From sequence record DRR723986_8012: a stretch of 60,670 bases of DNA; one strand, written 5' to 3'. Below, piece after piece: positions 19,074 to 29,547 of this stretch (position 1 is the first letter of the stretch; every line of letters begins with the position of its first letter). A program made the position numbers and the translations under genes. The notes under the pieces were generated by a model, which did no database searches, was not told the DNA's origin, and saw only the letters and a list, made by a program, of their open reading frames with translations.

Positions 19074-19670
19074 ATGTCTACCACCCCCATCAAAATTCAG
19101 GTCTGGACCGATTTCGTGTGCCCGTTCTGCCTTCTCGGAGAGTCAATTATCGAGAAGGCCATCGAAGGCTTGAATGTCGAAGTAGAGTGGATGCCGTTCG
19201 AGCTTCGACCCTACCCAACACCCACCTTAAAGCCTGAGGATGAATACCTGCCGCGGGTGTGGAAGGCGTCGGTGTACCCCATGGCCGAGCGCCTGGGTGT
19301 GCCCATTCAACTGCCCACCGTTTCTCCTCAACCCTACACACGCAAAGCATTCTTGGGACTGCAATATGCGAAGCAACAAGGGAAGGGCAACGAATACACG
19401 ACTGATGTGATGAAGGCGTTTTTTCAGCAAAACCTGAACATTGGTGAAGATCAGGTACTGAAAAACATTCTTGCAAACTTGGGATTGAACCCGGTCGGAC
19501 TCGATGAGTTTGTCAGCTCGCCCCAAGCCAATGCGCAGCACGATTCTGATTTGCAATATGCAAAACAGCTTGGCATTCAGGCGGTGCCGTCGCTGGCGGT
19601 AGGCGAACAGTTTTTCTCGGGTGTGCCCAGTGTGCAGGCCCTGCGGGATGCAATTCAGCGCGAGAGGTAA
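19074..19670 (+). CDS. DsbA/FrnE-like thioredoxin-fold oxidoreductase
   Basis: WTDFVCPFC, WMPFEL, GIQAVPS; no signal peptide. Confidence 0.85.
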   Translation: MSTTPIKIQVWTDFVCPFCLLGESIIEKAIEGLNVEVEWMPFELRPYPTPTLKPEDEYLPRVWKASVYPMAERLGVPIQLPTVSPQPYTRKAFLGLQYAKQQGKGNEYTTDVMKAFFQQNLNIGEDQVLKNILANLGLNPVGLDEFVSSPQANAQHDSDLQYAKQLGIQAVPSLAVGEQFFSGVPSVQALRDAIQRER

Positions 19671-19759
19671 TTGCCTGTCCTAGGGATACTGCGGGTTTTC
19701 CGTGCCTGTGCGCACGGGTTATTCTGTGGGCAAATACTGCATCCACCTAAAAGGCTTTC

Positions 19760-21091
19760 ATGAATTTATTCTCCAGGCTTCAGCAGCGTGCTGCTGAGGG
19801 CAAACCCCTGCGTGTCGGCATGATCGGCGCGGGCAAGTTTGGCTCCATGTATCTTTCTCAAATACCGCGTACGCCCGGCATTCACATGGTGGGCATTGCT
19901 GACTTGTCCCCGGCACGGGCGAGAGAGGCACTTCAAAATGTGGGCTGGAAAGAAGAGAGCTATGCGGCCAACTCCTTGGAGCAAGCCGCCAAACAAGGCA
20001 ACACCGCGATTATTGACGACGGCATGAAGCTGATTGAATCGCCTTTTGTCGACATCATCATCGACTCCACGGGCAACCCTGCGGTGGGCATTGCCCATGT
20101 GCTGGCCTGTTGTGAATTTAAAAAACACATTGTGATGGTCAATGTGGAGGCCGACGCACTTGCAGGCCCCTTGCTGAAACGCAAGGCCGATGAAGCTGGC
20201 ATTGTTTACTCACTGGCTTATGGCGACCAGCCTGCACTGATTTTTGAAATGGTGGATTGGGCGCGGGCCGCTGGTTTTTCTGTCGTGGCCGCGGGCAAAG
20301 GCACCAAGTACCTGCCTACTTATCATGAAAGCACGCCTGACACCGTGTGGAACCACTATGGTTTAACGGCGGAAGACGCAGCCAAAGGTGGCATGAACGC
20401 GCAAATGTTCAACAGCTTTCTGGATGGCACCAAAAGCGCGATTGAAATGGCAGCCGTGGCCAATGCCACAGGCCTTGCAGCCCCCAGTGGCCTGAAGTTT
20501 CCGGCAGTGGGTGTGGATGATTTGGCGCGAATCTTGAAGCCACGTGAACAAGGCGGCATTCTGGACCAATGCGGGCAAGTGGAGGTCATCTCCAGTGTTG
20601 AGCGTGACACACGCCCGGTGTTTCGTGACCTGCGTTGGGGCGTGTACGTGACCTTCTCTGCAGACAGCGAATACGTGGCCCGCTGCTTCAAGGAATACGG
20701 CTTGATCACCGATCCAAGTGGGCAGTACTCCAGCATGTACAAACCCTTTCACTTGATTGGTCTGGAATTGGGAATTTCGGTGGCGTCCATCGGTATTCGC
20801 GGCGAAGCCACGGGCGCACCCATTTGCTGGCATGGCGATGTGGTGGCCACTGCCAAGCGTGATTTAAAGGCGGGTGAATTGCTGGACGGTGAGGGTGGTT
20901 ACACCGTGTACGGCAAGCTGATGCCTGCACAGGAATCGCTGGCCTTGGGTGGATTGCCTTTGGGCTTGGCACATGGTGTGAAATTGCTCAAACCCGTGAA
21001 AGCCGGACAAGCCGTGAGCTGGAATGATGTGGCGTTTGACGCCAATTCCACGGCGGTGAAGTTTCGCCGTGAAATGGAGCAATCGTTTTAG
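19760..21091 (+). CDS. NAD(P)-dependent oxidoreductase with C-terminal SAF domain (homoserine dehydrogenase-like)
   Basis: GAGKFG, NVEAD, AYGDQP, SFLDGTKSAIEM, AKRDLKAGELLDGEGG. Confidence 0.85.
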   Translation: MNLFSRLQQRAAEGKPLRVGMIGAGKFGSMYLSQIPRTPGIHMVGIADLSPARAREALQNVGWKEESYAANSLEQAAKQGNTAIIDDGMKLIESPFVDIIIDSTGNPAVGIAHVLACCEFKKHIVMVNVEADALAGPLLKRKADEAGIVYSLAYGDQPALIFEMVDWARAAGFSVVAAGKGTKYLPTYHESTPDTVWNHYGLTAEDAAKGGMNAQMFNSFLDGTKSAIEMAAVANATGLAAPSGLKFPAVGVDDLARILKPREQGGILDQCGQVEVISSVERDTRPVFRDLRWGVYVTFSADSEYVARCFKEYGLITDPSGQYSSMYKPFHLIGLELGISVASIGIRGEATGAPICWHGDVVATAKRDLKAGELLDGEGGYTVYGKLMPAQESLALGGLPLGLAHGVKLLKPVKAGQAVSWNDVAFDANSTAVKFRREMEQSF

Positions 21092-21504
21092 AGAGGTTTG
21101 GCAAAGTCAGAGTTGGCGGGCGCCTGGCCTGGCTTGTTCAAAGCCACGCGGATCTCGTTTTGGTATTGCCACATGGCGCCAGTGATCATGTCGGTGATGC
21201 CCAAATCAATAAACGCACCACCGGCCACGCCTGCGGTGCTCGCACTGCTGACCAGGCGAATTGTTTTGTCTTCATAGCCGGGCGCCTTGCAGGTCACAAT
21301 AATGTCGTCCTTGTCTTTGCCCACTGTGATGCTGTTTTCTTTTCCGGTCACTACTCCAAGTTCGCCTTCGCCGTCCCTGCTCAAGGTACACACGGTTTGC
21401 TGGGGCTCCATTTTAAAAATAAGCGTTTGACTGGTGCCTTGAGTAATCGAAGCGCAGCCCGTACAAAGAACGGCAGCCATTAAACCGAATTGACGAATCC
21501 CCAT
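21088..21504 (-). CDS. Hypothetical lipoprotein
   Basis: Lipobox-like LCTG-C, ASITQGTSQ, Gly-rich tail; RBS GAGGGG. Confidence 0.75.
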   Translation of the reverse strand: MGIRQFGLMAAVLCTGCASITQGTSQTLIFKMEPQQTVCTLSRDGEGELGVVTGKENSITVGKDKDDIIVTCKAPGYEDKTIRLVSSASTAGVAGGAFIDLGITDMITGAMWQYQNEIRVALNKPGQAPANSDFAKPL

Positions 21505-21676
21505 AGTCCCCTCGCATGGTGTTGTGGATTGAACACCATGCTAGGCATGTTATTGCTCTACGCCAATCTGCTGAATGTTGTAATCAAATTGACTACTCTG
21601 TTTATAGGATATATCCCGTAAGGCGAAGGGTTTAAATTGCTTCAACAAGTTCAAAGACATGGGGGGAGAACAAGCG

Positions 21677-22207
21677 ATGGCGACAATACTTCGGGGGTTT
21701 TGTACATCATTGGCGGTGGCCGGAATTTTGGCAGTGAGCCTGAGTGTGGGGGGATGCGGTGCCTTGAACAGCATGGGTGATGCCGTGGGTCATGGCATTG
21801 CTTCGCGAATGCTGGCCAAGCATGTCGGCCAACCTTATGGGCCTATCCAATATGATTCCAGATACGGAAAATTCATTGGTGAAGAAAAACTTGCCAACGG
21901 CATGGTGGTAAAAAAGCACTTCACTGACCGCATGGACAATGACGCAATCATTGATGATTCCCGCGAAGGAATCGGATTCGACAGCAAGAAGCGCATGGCT
22001 ACTTATTTCCTGGTGGACAAGAAAGGTGTCGTGCAGGACTGGGCTTTTGGTTACGTCACTGTGGGTACAGGATTCTCACTGGGCATGGTCAGCCTGACTG
22101 AAGCGTTCAACTCCAAAGACCGTGACGTGTACATGGATGAGGTGGACAGCGTAGTGCGCACCAAGAATGACGAGCCCTACACCGTCTGGAAAAACGCAAA
22201 AAGCTGA
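21677..22207 (+). CDS. Hypothetical lipoprotein
   Basis: Signal peptide ending VGG-C; RBS GGAG before ATG 21677; protein-like composition. Confidence 0.7.
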   Translation: MATILRGFCTSLAVAGILAVSLSVGGCGALNSMGDAVGHGIASRMLAKHVGQPYGPIQYDSRYGKFIGEEKLANGMVVKKHFTDRMDNDAIIDDSREGIGFDSKKRMATYFLVDKKGVVQDWAFGYVTVGTGFSLGMVSLTEAFNSKDRDVYMDEVDSVVRTKNDEPYTVWKNAKS

Positions 22208-22208
22208 T

Positions 22209-22652
22209 TTATTTGGCGAATATTTGATCCATGTTGGCGAATGCCTTGAATTCAAGCGCATTGCCACATGGGTCCATGAAGAACATGGTGGCTTGTTCGC
22301 CCACTTGGCCTTTGAATCGAATATAGGGTTCGATCACGAACTTGGTGCCCGCAGCCTTCAGCCGGTCGGCCAGTTCAGTCCACTGATCCATGGTTAAAAT
22401 CACGCCGAAATGCTTGGCAGGCACGGCATGGCCGTCCACACTGCTGTTGGCTTTGCAGCCTACTTCTTCGGGTGCCAAATGCGCCACAAGTTGATGACCA
22501 TAAAAGTTGAAGTCCACCCAGTGTGGTGCACTGCGGCCTTCTTCACAGCCAATCACCTCGCCATAAAACTTGCGGGCCACTTCGATGTCGGTGACCGGGA
22601 ATGCAAGGTGGAAGGGCTGAAGTGTGCTGTGTTTGGCTTGGGCTGTAGACAT
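22209..22652 (-). CDS. VOC/glyoxalase superfamily protein
   Basis: PFHLAFPV, WVDFNFYGHQLVAH, HFGVIL, DPCGNALEFK. Confidence 0.9.
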   Translation of the reverse strand: MSTAQAKHSTLQPFHLAFPVTDIEVARKFYGEVIGCEEGRSAPHWVDFNFYGHQLVAHLAPEEVGCKANSSVDGHAVPAKHFGVILTMDQWTELADRLKAAGTKFVIEPYIRFKGQVGEQATMFFMDPCGNALEFKAFANMDQIFAK

Positions 22653-22701
22653 GTGCGTTACCAGTGAATGTGCGATGGATCATCCACACACTATAGGGTT
22701 G

Positions 22702-22734
22702 TTCGGGTTTCCAGGCCAATCGTGGAAACCCGAA
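22702..22734. other. 12-bp stem hairpin downstream of the sulfatase gene
   Basis: TTCGGGTTTCCA-N9-TGGAAACCCGAA; no clear U tail. Confidence 0.5.
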
Positions 22735-22758
22735 TATTACTGACATGCCATGGGTTGG

Positions 22759-24729
22759 TTAAGGCGTCACAATGTTGAAGTTCCCCGTTGCTTTCTCCAG
22801 CATTCCAAAAAATTGCCCCAGTTTGATGGTGCTGCCATCAATTTTGGTTTGATCGGAAAACAGCAAATCAGTCGCTCCCGCCTCACCGGTCATCATGTTC
22901 AAAAAGAATGGTTTGCTGAGTGTAAGTGTTGCTACTGAATTGTCTTCCGGCTTGCCGGCACGGTGATGTAATACGCTGTTGTTGATTCGAAGTACATAGC
23001 TTTCCCGTGTGTCGGAAAACACCAGGTTGATTTGAATGTCTTCCCCTTCCGCTTTGTCGCTGTTCAGCGCAGCGGCCATGGCTTCCAGAAAGCGCTCCGT
23101 GGGGGTGTGTTTCAGCATGTCGAGAAAGGCTGTGCGTTGAAACCCTTCAGCGTAGCCACCTTGGCGCAACTCCAGTGCACCGGTCAGGTAAAAGTTACGC
23201 CACGGCGCCGATTCTGCCATGTAGCCCATCTGGTCGAAACTTGTCGCCAACAAAGCCTTGGCACGCGCATTTTCAGGATCGGCATACACTGCATGTTTCA
23301 GCAACTCAGCAGCCCAGCGATATTCACCTTTGTTCACGGCGTCTTCTGCTTTGTTCAGCAAGGCATCCATTCCACCTGCCACATCCACATACCGCTTTGC
23401 CGCTTCAACCGGGGGCAGGGGGTTCAGGTTGGCGGGGTTTGCATCAAACCAGCCCATGTAAAACTGGTACACCGCTTTCACATTGTGTGACACGGTGCCG
23501 TAGTAGCCGCGCCCACTCAGAAAGTTGTTCAAGGCCGGTGGCATTTGAACCTTCTCTGCAATTTCTATGGAGGTGTAGCCCGCATTCATGTGCCGCACAG
23601 TCTGGTCATGAATGAATCGGTACACATCGCGTTGATTTTCCATGAAGCTGCGCACATTGTCGGCTCCCCACACCGGCCAGTTGTGCTGGTGAAACATCAC
23701 TTCGGCATCGCCTGCGTAGGCAATGGCTTCATCCATGTAACTGGCCCACTTCAATGCATCGCGTACTTTGGCGCCACGTGGGGTGTACAGGTTGTGCAAG
23801 GTGTGACCAAACAGTTCTGCACTGCCAAAGGCTTTCAGGCTCGGAAGGTAAAACACGAACTCGGAGGGCGCTTCACTGCCGGGCACGTTGTGGAACATGA
23901 ATTCAAGGCCGTCGAGCACGTGGGTTTCTTTGGCCTCTTTCACCACCAGCGTAGGCTGTAGTATGCCCACCTTGCCGTAGGCCACGGCCTTGCCCAAGCC
24001 GTTGTCAATCAAACCTTCCGGGCTGCGGGGGAGGCGTTTTCCGTACATGTAGATTGACCTTCGTGCCATGGCCATGCCCACCAGCAGGTTTTCACTGGTG
24101 GCTTCCTCCATAAAGCCGATGGGGGCAACTACAGGAACATTGCGAGCAGCCACGTCCTCGGCACTGAGCACACCCAGTGCACCCCCAAAATGATCCACGT
24201 GGCTGTGGGTAAATACAATGGCGGTCACTGGCTTGTCGCCCAGGTGTTTGCGCGCAAAAGCCATGGCGGCGCGCGCTGTTTCCTCGCTGGTCAGCACGTC
24301 CACCACAATCCAGCCGGTGTCGCCTTCAATCAAGGTCATGTTCGACAGGTCAAAGCCGCGCAACTGGTAAATGCGGTCAGCCACCTTGTACAGGCCAATT
24401 TGATTGTTCAGGCTGGCCTGCCGCCACAGGCTGGGGTTCACGGTGCTCGGGGCATTGCCTTCGATGAAATTGAATTCGTCGTAATCCCAAATGACTTCGC
24501 CGGCATCGTTGAGCACTTTGCCTGTGGGCTTGGCGATTAAACCTTTGCGCGCATCGGCGTTGTTGGCTGGGTCTGCAAGGTCGGTGTTTTTGGCCACTTC
24601 AGCGTGAAAAGCCTGTGTGAAAGGGCTTGCCGCACTGTTGGGATCGACTGCGGTTGGGGTTTTTGAACAGGCTGCCATCAAGGCAGACGTACCCATCACA
24701 AGGGCAGCCAAGACCAGGTTTGTTTTCAT
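22759..24729 (-). CDS. Alkyl/aryl sulfatase (SdsA1/YjcS-type metallo-beta-lactamase fold, SCP2-like C-terminus), lipoprotein
   Basis: NPSLWRQ, THSHVDHFGG, HNLYTPRGAKVRDA, RGYYGTVSHN; lipobox MAA-C. Confidence 0.9.
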   Translation of the reverse strand: MKTNLVLAALVMGTSALMAACSKTPTAVDPNSAASPFTQAFHAEVAKNTDLADPANNADARKGLIAKPTGKVLNDAGEVIWDYDEFNFIEGNAPSTVNPSLWRQASLNNQIGLYKVADRIYQLRGFDLSNMTLIEGDTGWIVVDVLTSEETARAAMAFARKHLGDKPVTAIVFTHSHVDHFGGALGVLSAEDVAARNVPVVAPIGFMEEATSENLLVGMAMARRSIYMYGKRLPRSPEGLIDNGLGKAVAYGKVGILQPTLVVKEAKETHVLDGLEFMFHNVPGSEAPSEFVFYLPSLKAFGSAELFGHTLHNLYTPRGAKVRDALKWASYMDEAIAYAGDAEVMFHQHNWPVWGADNVRSFMENQRDVYRFIHDQTVRHMNAGYTSIEIAEKVQMPPALNNFLSGRGYYGTVSHNVKAVYQFYMGWFDANPANLNPLPPVEAAKRYVDVAGGMDALLNKAEDAVNKGEYRWAAELLKHAVYADPENARAKALLATSFDQMGYMAESAPWRNFYLTGALELRQGGYAEGFQRTAFLDMLKHTPTERFLEAMAAALNSDKAEGEDIQINLVFSDTRESYVLRINNSVLHHRAGKPEDNSVATLTLSKPFFLNMMTGEAGATDLLFSDQTKIDGSTIKLGQFFGMLEKATGNFNIVTP

Positions 24730-24821
24730 GCTGTCTCCGGAATATTTTTTGATTTTCCTTATTACAGCACAAAAGTGGCATTAAGCGTGCCAGTAATTCA
24801 GTGGATCGCCGGTGGTGACGA

Positions 24822-26228
24822 TCAACTGAAAAACTTGTTGATCACCGTGACAACAAACACAGTGGCCAGAATCAATGGAATCCAGAATGCAATTGCAAAG
24901 TGGGTGTAGCGCTCAAGCCAACCGCTGGCACCATGTTGATTGCTGGTCAGCATTTCAGCAGTCATATTGTGGCGTTTCCATTGCCACACCACCAGCAGGC
25001 AAATCAGCAAACCGTTGAATGGCAAAATGGTGTCGTAAAACACGTCAACCAACACGTCAAAAAGCGATTTGTTGGCACCGGAATAAAAAGCGAAATCGCT
25101 GAGCCATTTCACTTGCCCAAAAGACAAGGCGCTGAACATGGCGCCTATCGATACAGCCGCAATAACAATCCCAAGCGCTGTATTGCGGGTTTTCTTGCCC
25201 TCGGCTTTCAGGGCCGCCACTGGCACCTCAATAATCGACACCAGCGAGGTAATGGCGGCTACGAACGCCAACAGGAAGAATGTGGCTGCGATGAGGCTGG
25301 ACATGGCATATCCGAATTTCGGCACCATGGCCATGAAAATGTTCGGGAAAAACGAGAAGATTAAGCCCACCGAAGAATCGCTCAGTTCGCTGGGGTTGGT
25401 GTTGGGGTAAATGGCGAAAATTGCGGGCAGGGTCATCAAGCCGGCCACCAGTGCCACGCCAGTGTCGGTGCAGGCCAGCATTTTGGCTGACTGCACCAGA
25501 TTGTCTTGTTTGCGCAAATACGAACCATAAGTAATCAAAATACCCATGCCCAGCGACAGCGAAAAGAATGCTTGCGACAAGGCACCGTTGACCACACTCC
25601 ATGTAATGCGGTCCAGTTGCGGTGTGAAATAAAACTTCAAACCGGCAGTGGCGTTGGGCAAGGTGAGTACAAATACCGCCAGGCCAATCAGCATGATGAA
25701 TAGCATGGGCATGAGCACACGCGACGCTTTTTCAATACCATCGCGCACCCCACCTTTGAGCACAACAATGACCATGCCAATGACCGCCGCAAGGCAGGCA
25801 AATATCCAGGGGCTGGTGATAAAGCCGCCAAAATAAACAGGGGTGGCCAATTGGTCCAGTTGACCCATCAGTACCAGCAGGAAATAGCCCAGCAACCACA
25901 CCGTGAGCACGCTGTAAAACACGGCAATCATGAATGGTGTGATCAATGACAAAGCACCAGCCAGCACCCAGGCTTTGTTGTTTCTGGAAACCTGCCTGAA
26001 TGCTCCCAAAGGGTTTTGGTTGGTGGCGCGGCCCAAACTAAGCTCGGCGAGAATCAGCGGCAGGCAAATGGCGATGACGAAAAAAATGTACAGTAACAGG
26101 AATGCACCGCCACCATTTTTGGCTGCGGCCACAGGAAAGCCCACCAAATTACCAATGCCCACGGCTGAACCGGCTGCGGCCAGCACAAAGCCGATCTTGG
26201 ATGAGAACTGGTCTGGGTTGTTTTGCAT
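24822..26228 (-). CDS. NSS-family sodium-dependent transporter
   Basis: GFVLAAAGSAVGIGN, NGGGAF, QAFFSLSLGMG..TYGSY. Confidence 0.92.
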   Translation of the reverse strand: MQNNPDQFSSKIGFVLAAAGSAVGIGNLVGFPVAAAKNGGGAFLLLYIFFVIAICLPLILAELSLGRATNQNPLGAFRQVSRNNKAWVLAGALSLITPFMIAVFYSVLTVWLLGYFLLVLMGQLDQLATPVYFGGFITSPWIFACLAAVIGMVIVVLKGGVRDGIEKASRVLMPMLFIMLIGLAVFVLTLPNATAGLKFYFTPQLDRITWSVVNGALSQAFFSLSLGMGILITYGSYLRKQDNLVQSAKMLACTDTGVALVAGLMTLPAIFAIYPNTNPSELSDSSVGLIFSFFPNIFMAMVPKFGYAMSSLIAATFFLLAFVAAITSLVSIIEVPVAALKAEGKKTRNTALGIVIAAVSIGAMFSALSFGQVKWLSDFAFYSGANKSLFDVLVDVFYDTILPFNGLLICLLVVWQWKRHNMTAEMLTSNQHGASGWLERYTHFAIAFWIPLILATVFVVTVINKFFS

Positions 26229-26264
26229 GGTGGCGACGTTTCCTGAATACAAAAGGACAAAAAA

Positions 26265-26900
26265 TTGGGATTGTTAGCCAAATTATACGACCGACACGTA
26301 CTGCCTACTTTGCTTGATTTCGCCTGCGGCATGAAAGCCATCAACAGGCAACGCCAGAAAGTGGTACCCAAAGCCACAGGGCTGGTGCTTGAAATTGGTA
26401 TCGGTACCGGGTTGAACATGCGCCACTATGACGCTGGCAAAGTTGAAAAAATCATTGGTCTGGACCCTGCCATGCAAATGCATCGTCTGGCAAAAAAACG
26501 CATCGACCAAACCGGCTTGAGCGTAGAGCTTATGGGGTTGCCCGCCGAGAAAATTCCACTGCCCGATGCAAGTATCGACACCATCGTCATGACCTACACC
26601 CTGTGTACCATTCCAGAGCCCGTGCAAGCCTTGAAGGAAATGCGCAGAGTGTTAAAGCCGGGCGGTAAGTTGCTGTTTTGCGAGCATGGCGCGGCACCGG
26701 ATGAGAAAGTGCGCAACACCCAGAATCGTTTGCAACCCGTGTGGGGAAAACTGGCGGGAGGTTGTCACTTGAACCGGGACATTCCCGCTTTGCTCAGGGA
26801 AGGCGGGTTTTTGGTGGATGACATTGAAACCATGTATGTGCCTGGCCCCAGGGCGTTCACGTACAACTACTGGGGCCAGGCGTACTGCGAAGCCGCTTGA
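26265..26900 (+). CDS. Class I SAM-dependent methyltransferase
   Basis: VLEIGIGTGLN, TLCTIP, RVLKPGG..FCEHG, GGCHLNRD; TTG start. Confidence 0.88.
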   Translation: MGLLAKLYDRHVLPTLLDFACGMKAINRQRQKVVPKATGLVLEIGIGTGLNMRHYDAGKVEKIIGLDPAMQMHRLAKKRIDQTGLSVELMGLPAEKIPLPDASIDTIVMTYTLCTIPEPVQALKEMRRVLKPGGKLLFCEHGAAPDEKVRNTQNRLQPVWGKLAGGCHLNRDIPALLREGGFLVDDIETMYVPGPRAFTYNYWGQAYCEAA

Positions 26901-26909
26901 TCTTTTGAA

Positions 26910-27110
26910 TCAGGCTTGCAGCGTGGCCGGGTAACCGGCCTGGCTGATAATCGTGGCCAAGGTGTGTCCGTCCAGACGAGAATCAATTTCTACCTGTTTA
27001 TTGGCGACATCGACCTGCACCTGTGCCTGTGGGTCTTTGGCCAATACAGCCTGCTTCACATTGGCGGCACATCCGCCGCATTTCACTTTTTCTACACTCA
27101 AGGTAATCAT
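26910..27110 (-). CDS. copZ: Copper chaperone (HMA domain, CopZ-like)
   Basis: MITLSVEKVKCGGCAANV...AGY, 66 aa; divergent from copA. Confidence 0.8.
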   Translation of the reverse strand: MITLSVEKVKCGGCAANVKQAVLAKDPQAQVQVDVANKQVEIDSRLDGHTLATIISQAGYPATLQA

Positions 27111-27217
27111 GTTTTGCACTCCAGTTGGGGTTAAACGCAATTCTAATGCATGTACTTTCCCGGGCAATCGCCATGGCGGTGTCATGAAGACTCTCCCATT
27201 GAATTGAACACATGGGT

Positions 27218-27283
27218 ATCCTGAAGCTTCCAATCATGGTAAGGTCAATGCATTGACCTTGACATGGTGTTAAGGTTGAAAAT
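27218..27283. promoter_or_regulatory. Two back-to-back CueR (MerR-type) promoters
   Basis: Plus strand TTGACC-19 bp-GAAAAT with dyad ACCTT..AAGGT; minus strand TTGACC-19 bp-CAGGAT with ACCTT..AAGCT. Confidence 0.85.
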
Positions 27284-27310
27284 GCTTCCATCACACCATG
27301 GAGAGCAAGC

Positions 27311-29545
27311 ATGAATTCCAACCCGTCCAATACCATCGACATTGCTGTGGGCGGCATGAGCTGCGCCTCATGCTCCAGCGCTGTCGAAAAAGCATTGTTG
27401 GCTACACCTGGCGTCATTAGCGCAACGGTGAACCTGGCCACCGAGAAGGCCCGCGTGCAACTGGCCAAACCCGATCTGTTGCAGAACGCGATCGAGGCCG
27501 TTCAAAAGGCAGGCTATGACGCGGAGCCCGTTAAAACCGATTTACCAGCAGGTCAGAGCGGCCAGCAACCCGCTGCAATCGCTCAAAAAGCGGATACAGA
27601 AGGGCAAATGGTGTTGTGGGGGGCATTGCTCACCTTGCCCTTGGTGTTGCCCATGGCAGGAATGCTGTTTGGCAAGCACTACATGTTGCCTGGCTGGATA
27701 CAACTGCTTTTGGCCAGCCCTGTGCAATTTTGGTTGGGCGCCCGTTTTTATCGGGGAGCATTGAAAGCAATTCAAAACCGCACGGGCAACATGGACCTTC
27801 TGGTGGCCATCGGTACTTCTGCGGCATTTGGTTTGTCGGCTTACATGTTGGGCGAGGGCAACCCGCATTTGTATTTCGAGGCGTCTGCCGCAGTGATCAC
27901 CTTGGTGATGTTGGGCAAGTGGCTGGAGGCACGCGCCAAACGGCAAACCACTGCAGCGATTGCTGCGTTGCAAGCCTTGCGGCCCAACACCGCCACAGTG
28001 ATTCAGAACGGGCACGAAAAAGTGTTGCCGATTGCCAGTGTGGCGGTGGGCATGCAGGTGGTGGTGAAACCCGGTGAGCGAATTCCGCTGGATGGCCGTG
28101 TGCTGGAAGGTGAAGGCCATGTGGATGAGGCCCTGATTACCGGGGAAAGCCAGGCGGTTGAGAAATCTCCGGGTAGCCTGGTGACCGGCGGTGCTGTGAA
28201 CCTGGATGGGCGCTTGTTGATTGAAGTGAGCGCTGTGGGTGCTGAAACCACGCTGGCCAAAATTATTCGCCTCGTCGAAGACGCGCAAGCAGCCAAACCT
28301 GACATTCAAAAGCTGGTGGACAAGGTGAGCGCCGTGTTTGTACCCGTGGTTTTGGTGATTGCAGCGCTGACTTTGGTGTATTGGGTGTTTTTGGCTGACG
28401 GTGGCAACCTGGAGTTGGCCATTGTGAATGCGGTGGCTGTGTTGGTGATTGCATGCCCTTGCGCCTTGGGTTTGGCCACACCTACTGCAATCATGGCAGG
28501 CACGGGCGTGGCGGCGCGCCATGGAATTCTGATTAAAGATGCACAGGCGCTGGAGCTTGCCCATCGCATCAACACGGTTGTGTTTGATAAAACCGGCACC
28601 TTGACTGAGGGCAAGCCATCTGTGGGTGCAGCCGTGCCGTTTGACAGCAATAGCCTGCACAGCTTTCTTGCCAAGGCAGCAGCTGTTGAAGCGGGCAGCG
28701 CTCACCCGCTGGCCTCAGCAGTGCTGGCTTATGCGCAAGGGCAGGGCGTTCAATGGCCTGGGGTAAGCCAATTGCAGGACCAGCCCGGCCGTGGTGTCAG
28801 TGGCATGGTGAATGGCACACGTGTGTATGTAGGTACTGCGCGATGGATGCGTGAACTGGGCGTGCCGGAATCGGCGTTGAGTGCGGTGAACCAAGCCTTG
28901 CCAGACAACGCACCCACCCATGCCTGGGTTGCTGAAGACCAGCAAGGTGAAGTGTCCTTGCTGGGGGCCTTGGGTTTTGGTGATGCTTTGAAAGCAGGCG
29001 CTTTTGCAGCTGTACAAAATTTGACCAATTTGCAGGTGAAATCTGTGTTGTTGACAGGCGACTCCAGGGCGAGTGCCCAACGCGTTGCCCAGGCGCTGGG
29101 TATTTCGGAGGTGCAGGCTGAACAATTGCCGCACAACAAGAGCGAGGCAGTGGCCCATTATCGCCAGCAGGGCCAGGTGGTGGCCATGGTGGGCGATGGA
29201 ATCAACGATGCGCCTGCGCTCGCAGCTGCGGATGTCAGTTTTGCAATGTCCAGTGGCACAGAGGTGGCCATGCATGCAGCCGACATCACGCTGATGCGAC
29301 CCGACCCTGCCTTGGTGGCTCAAACCATTGATATTTCGAGACGCACGTACAACAAGATCAAACAAAATCTGTTTTGGGCTTTTGTGTACAACGCAGTAGG
29401 AATACCCTTGGCCGCGATGGGACTGCTTAACCCGGTGGTCGCAGGCGCAGCCATGGCTTTGAGTTCAGTCAGTGTGGTCAGTAACGCTCTGTTGTTGACT
29501 CGCTGGAAACCCAAACTATTGAAACCTGAAACAGTGGAGTTGTGA
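27311..29545 (+). CDS. copA: Copper-translocating P1B-type ATPase
   Basis: GMSCASC, TGES, CPC, DKTGT, HP, GDGIND, YN and MALSS. Confidence 0.95.
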   Translation: MNSNPSNTIDIAVGGMSCASCSSAVEKALLATPGVISATVNLATEKARVQLAKPDLLQNAIEAVQKAGYDAEPVKTDLPAGQSGQQPAAIAQKADTEGQMVLWGALLTLPLVLPMAGMLFGKHYMLPGWIQLLLASPVQFWLGARFYRGALKAIQNRTGNMDLLVAIGTSAAFGLSAYMLGEGNPHLYFEASAAVITLVMLGKWLEARAKRQTTAAIAALQALRPNTATVIQNGHEKVLPIASVAVGMQVVVKPGERIPLDGRVLEGEGHVDEALITGESQAVEKSPGSLVTGGAVNLDGRLLIEVSAVGAETTLAKIIRLVEDAQAAKPDIQKLVDKVSAVFVPVVLVIAALTLVYWVFLADGGNLELAIVNAVAVLVIACPCALGLATPTAIMAGTGVAARHGILIKDAQALELAHRINTVVFDKTGTLTEGKPSVGAAVPFDSNSLHSFLAKAAAVEAGSAHPLASAVLAYAQGQGVQWPGVSQLQDQPGRGVSGMVNGTRVYVGTARWMRELGVPESALSAVNQALPDNAPTHAWVAEDQQGEVSLLGALGFGDALKAGAFAAVQNLTNLQVKSVLLTGDSRASAQRVAQALGISEVQAEQLPHNKSEAVAHYRQQGQVVAMVGDGINDAPALAAADVSFAMSSGTEVAMHAADITLMRPDPALVAQTIDISRRTYNKIKQNLFWAFVYNAVGIPLAAMGLLNPVVAGAAMALSSVSVVSNALLLTRWKPKLLKPETVEL

Positions 29546-29547
29546 AC

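Noticed and set aside
18843-26900. Genomic island integrated at tRNA-Ser
   Set aside because: No integrase, and I saw no downstream direct repeat of the tRNA 3' end; genes look host-like.
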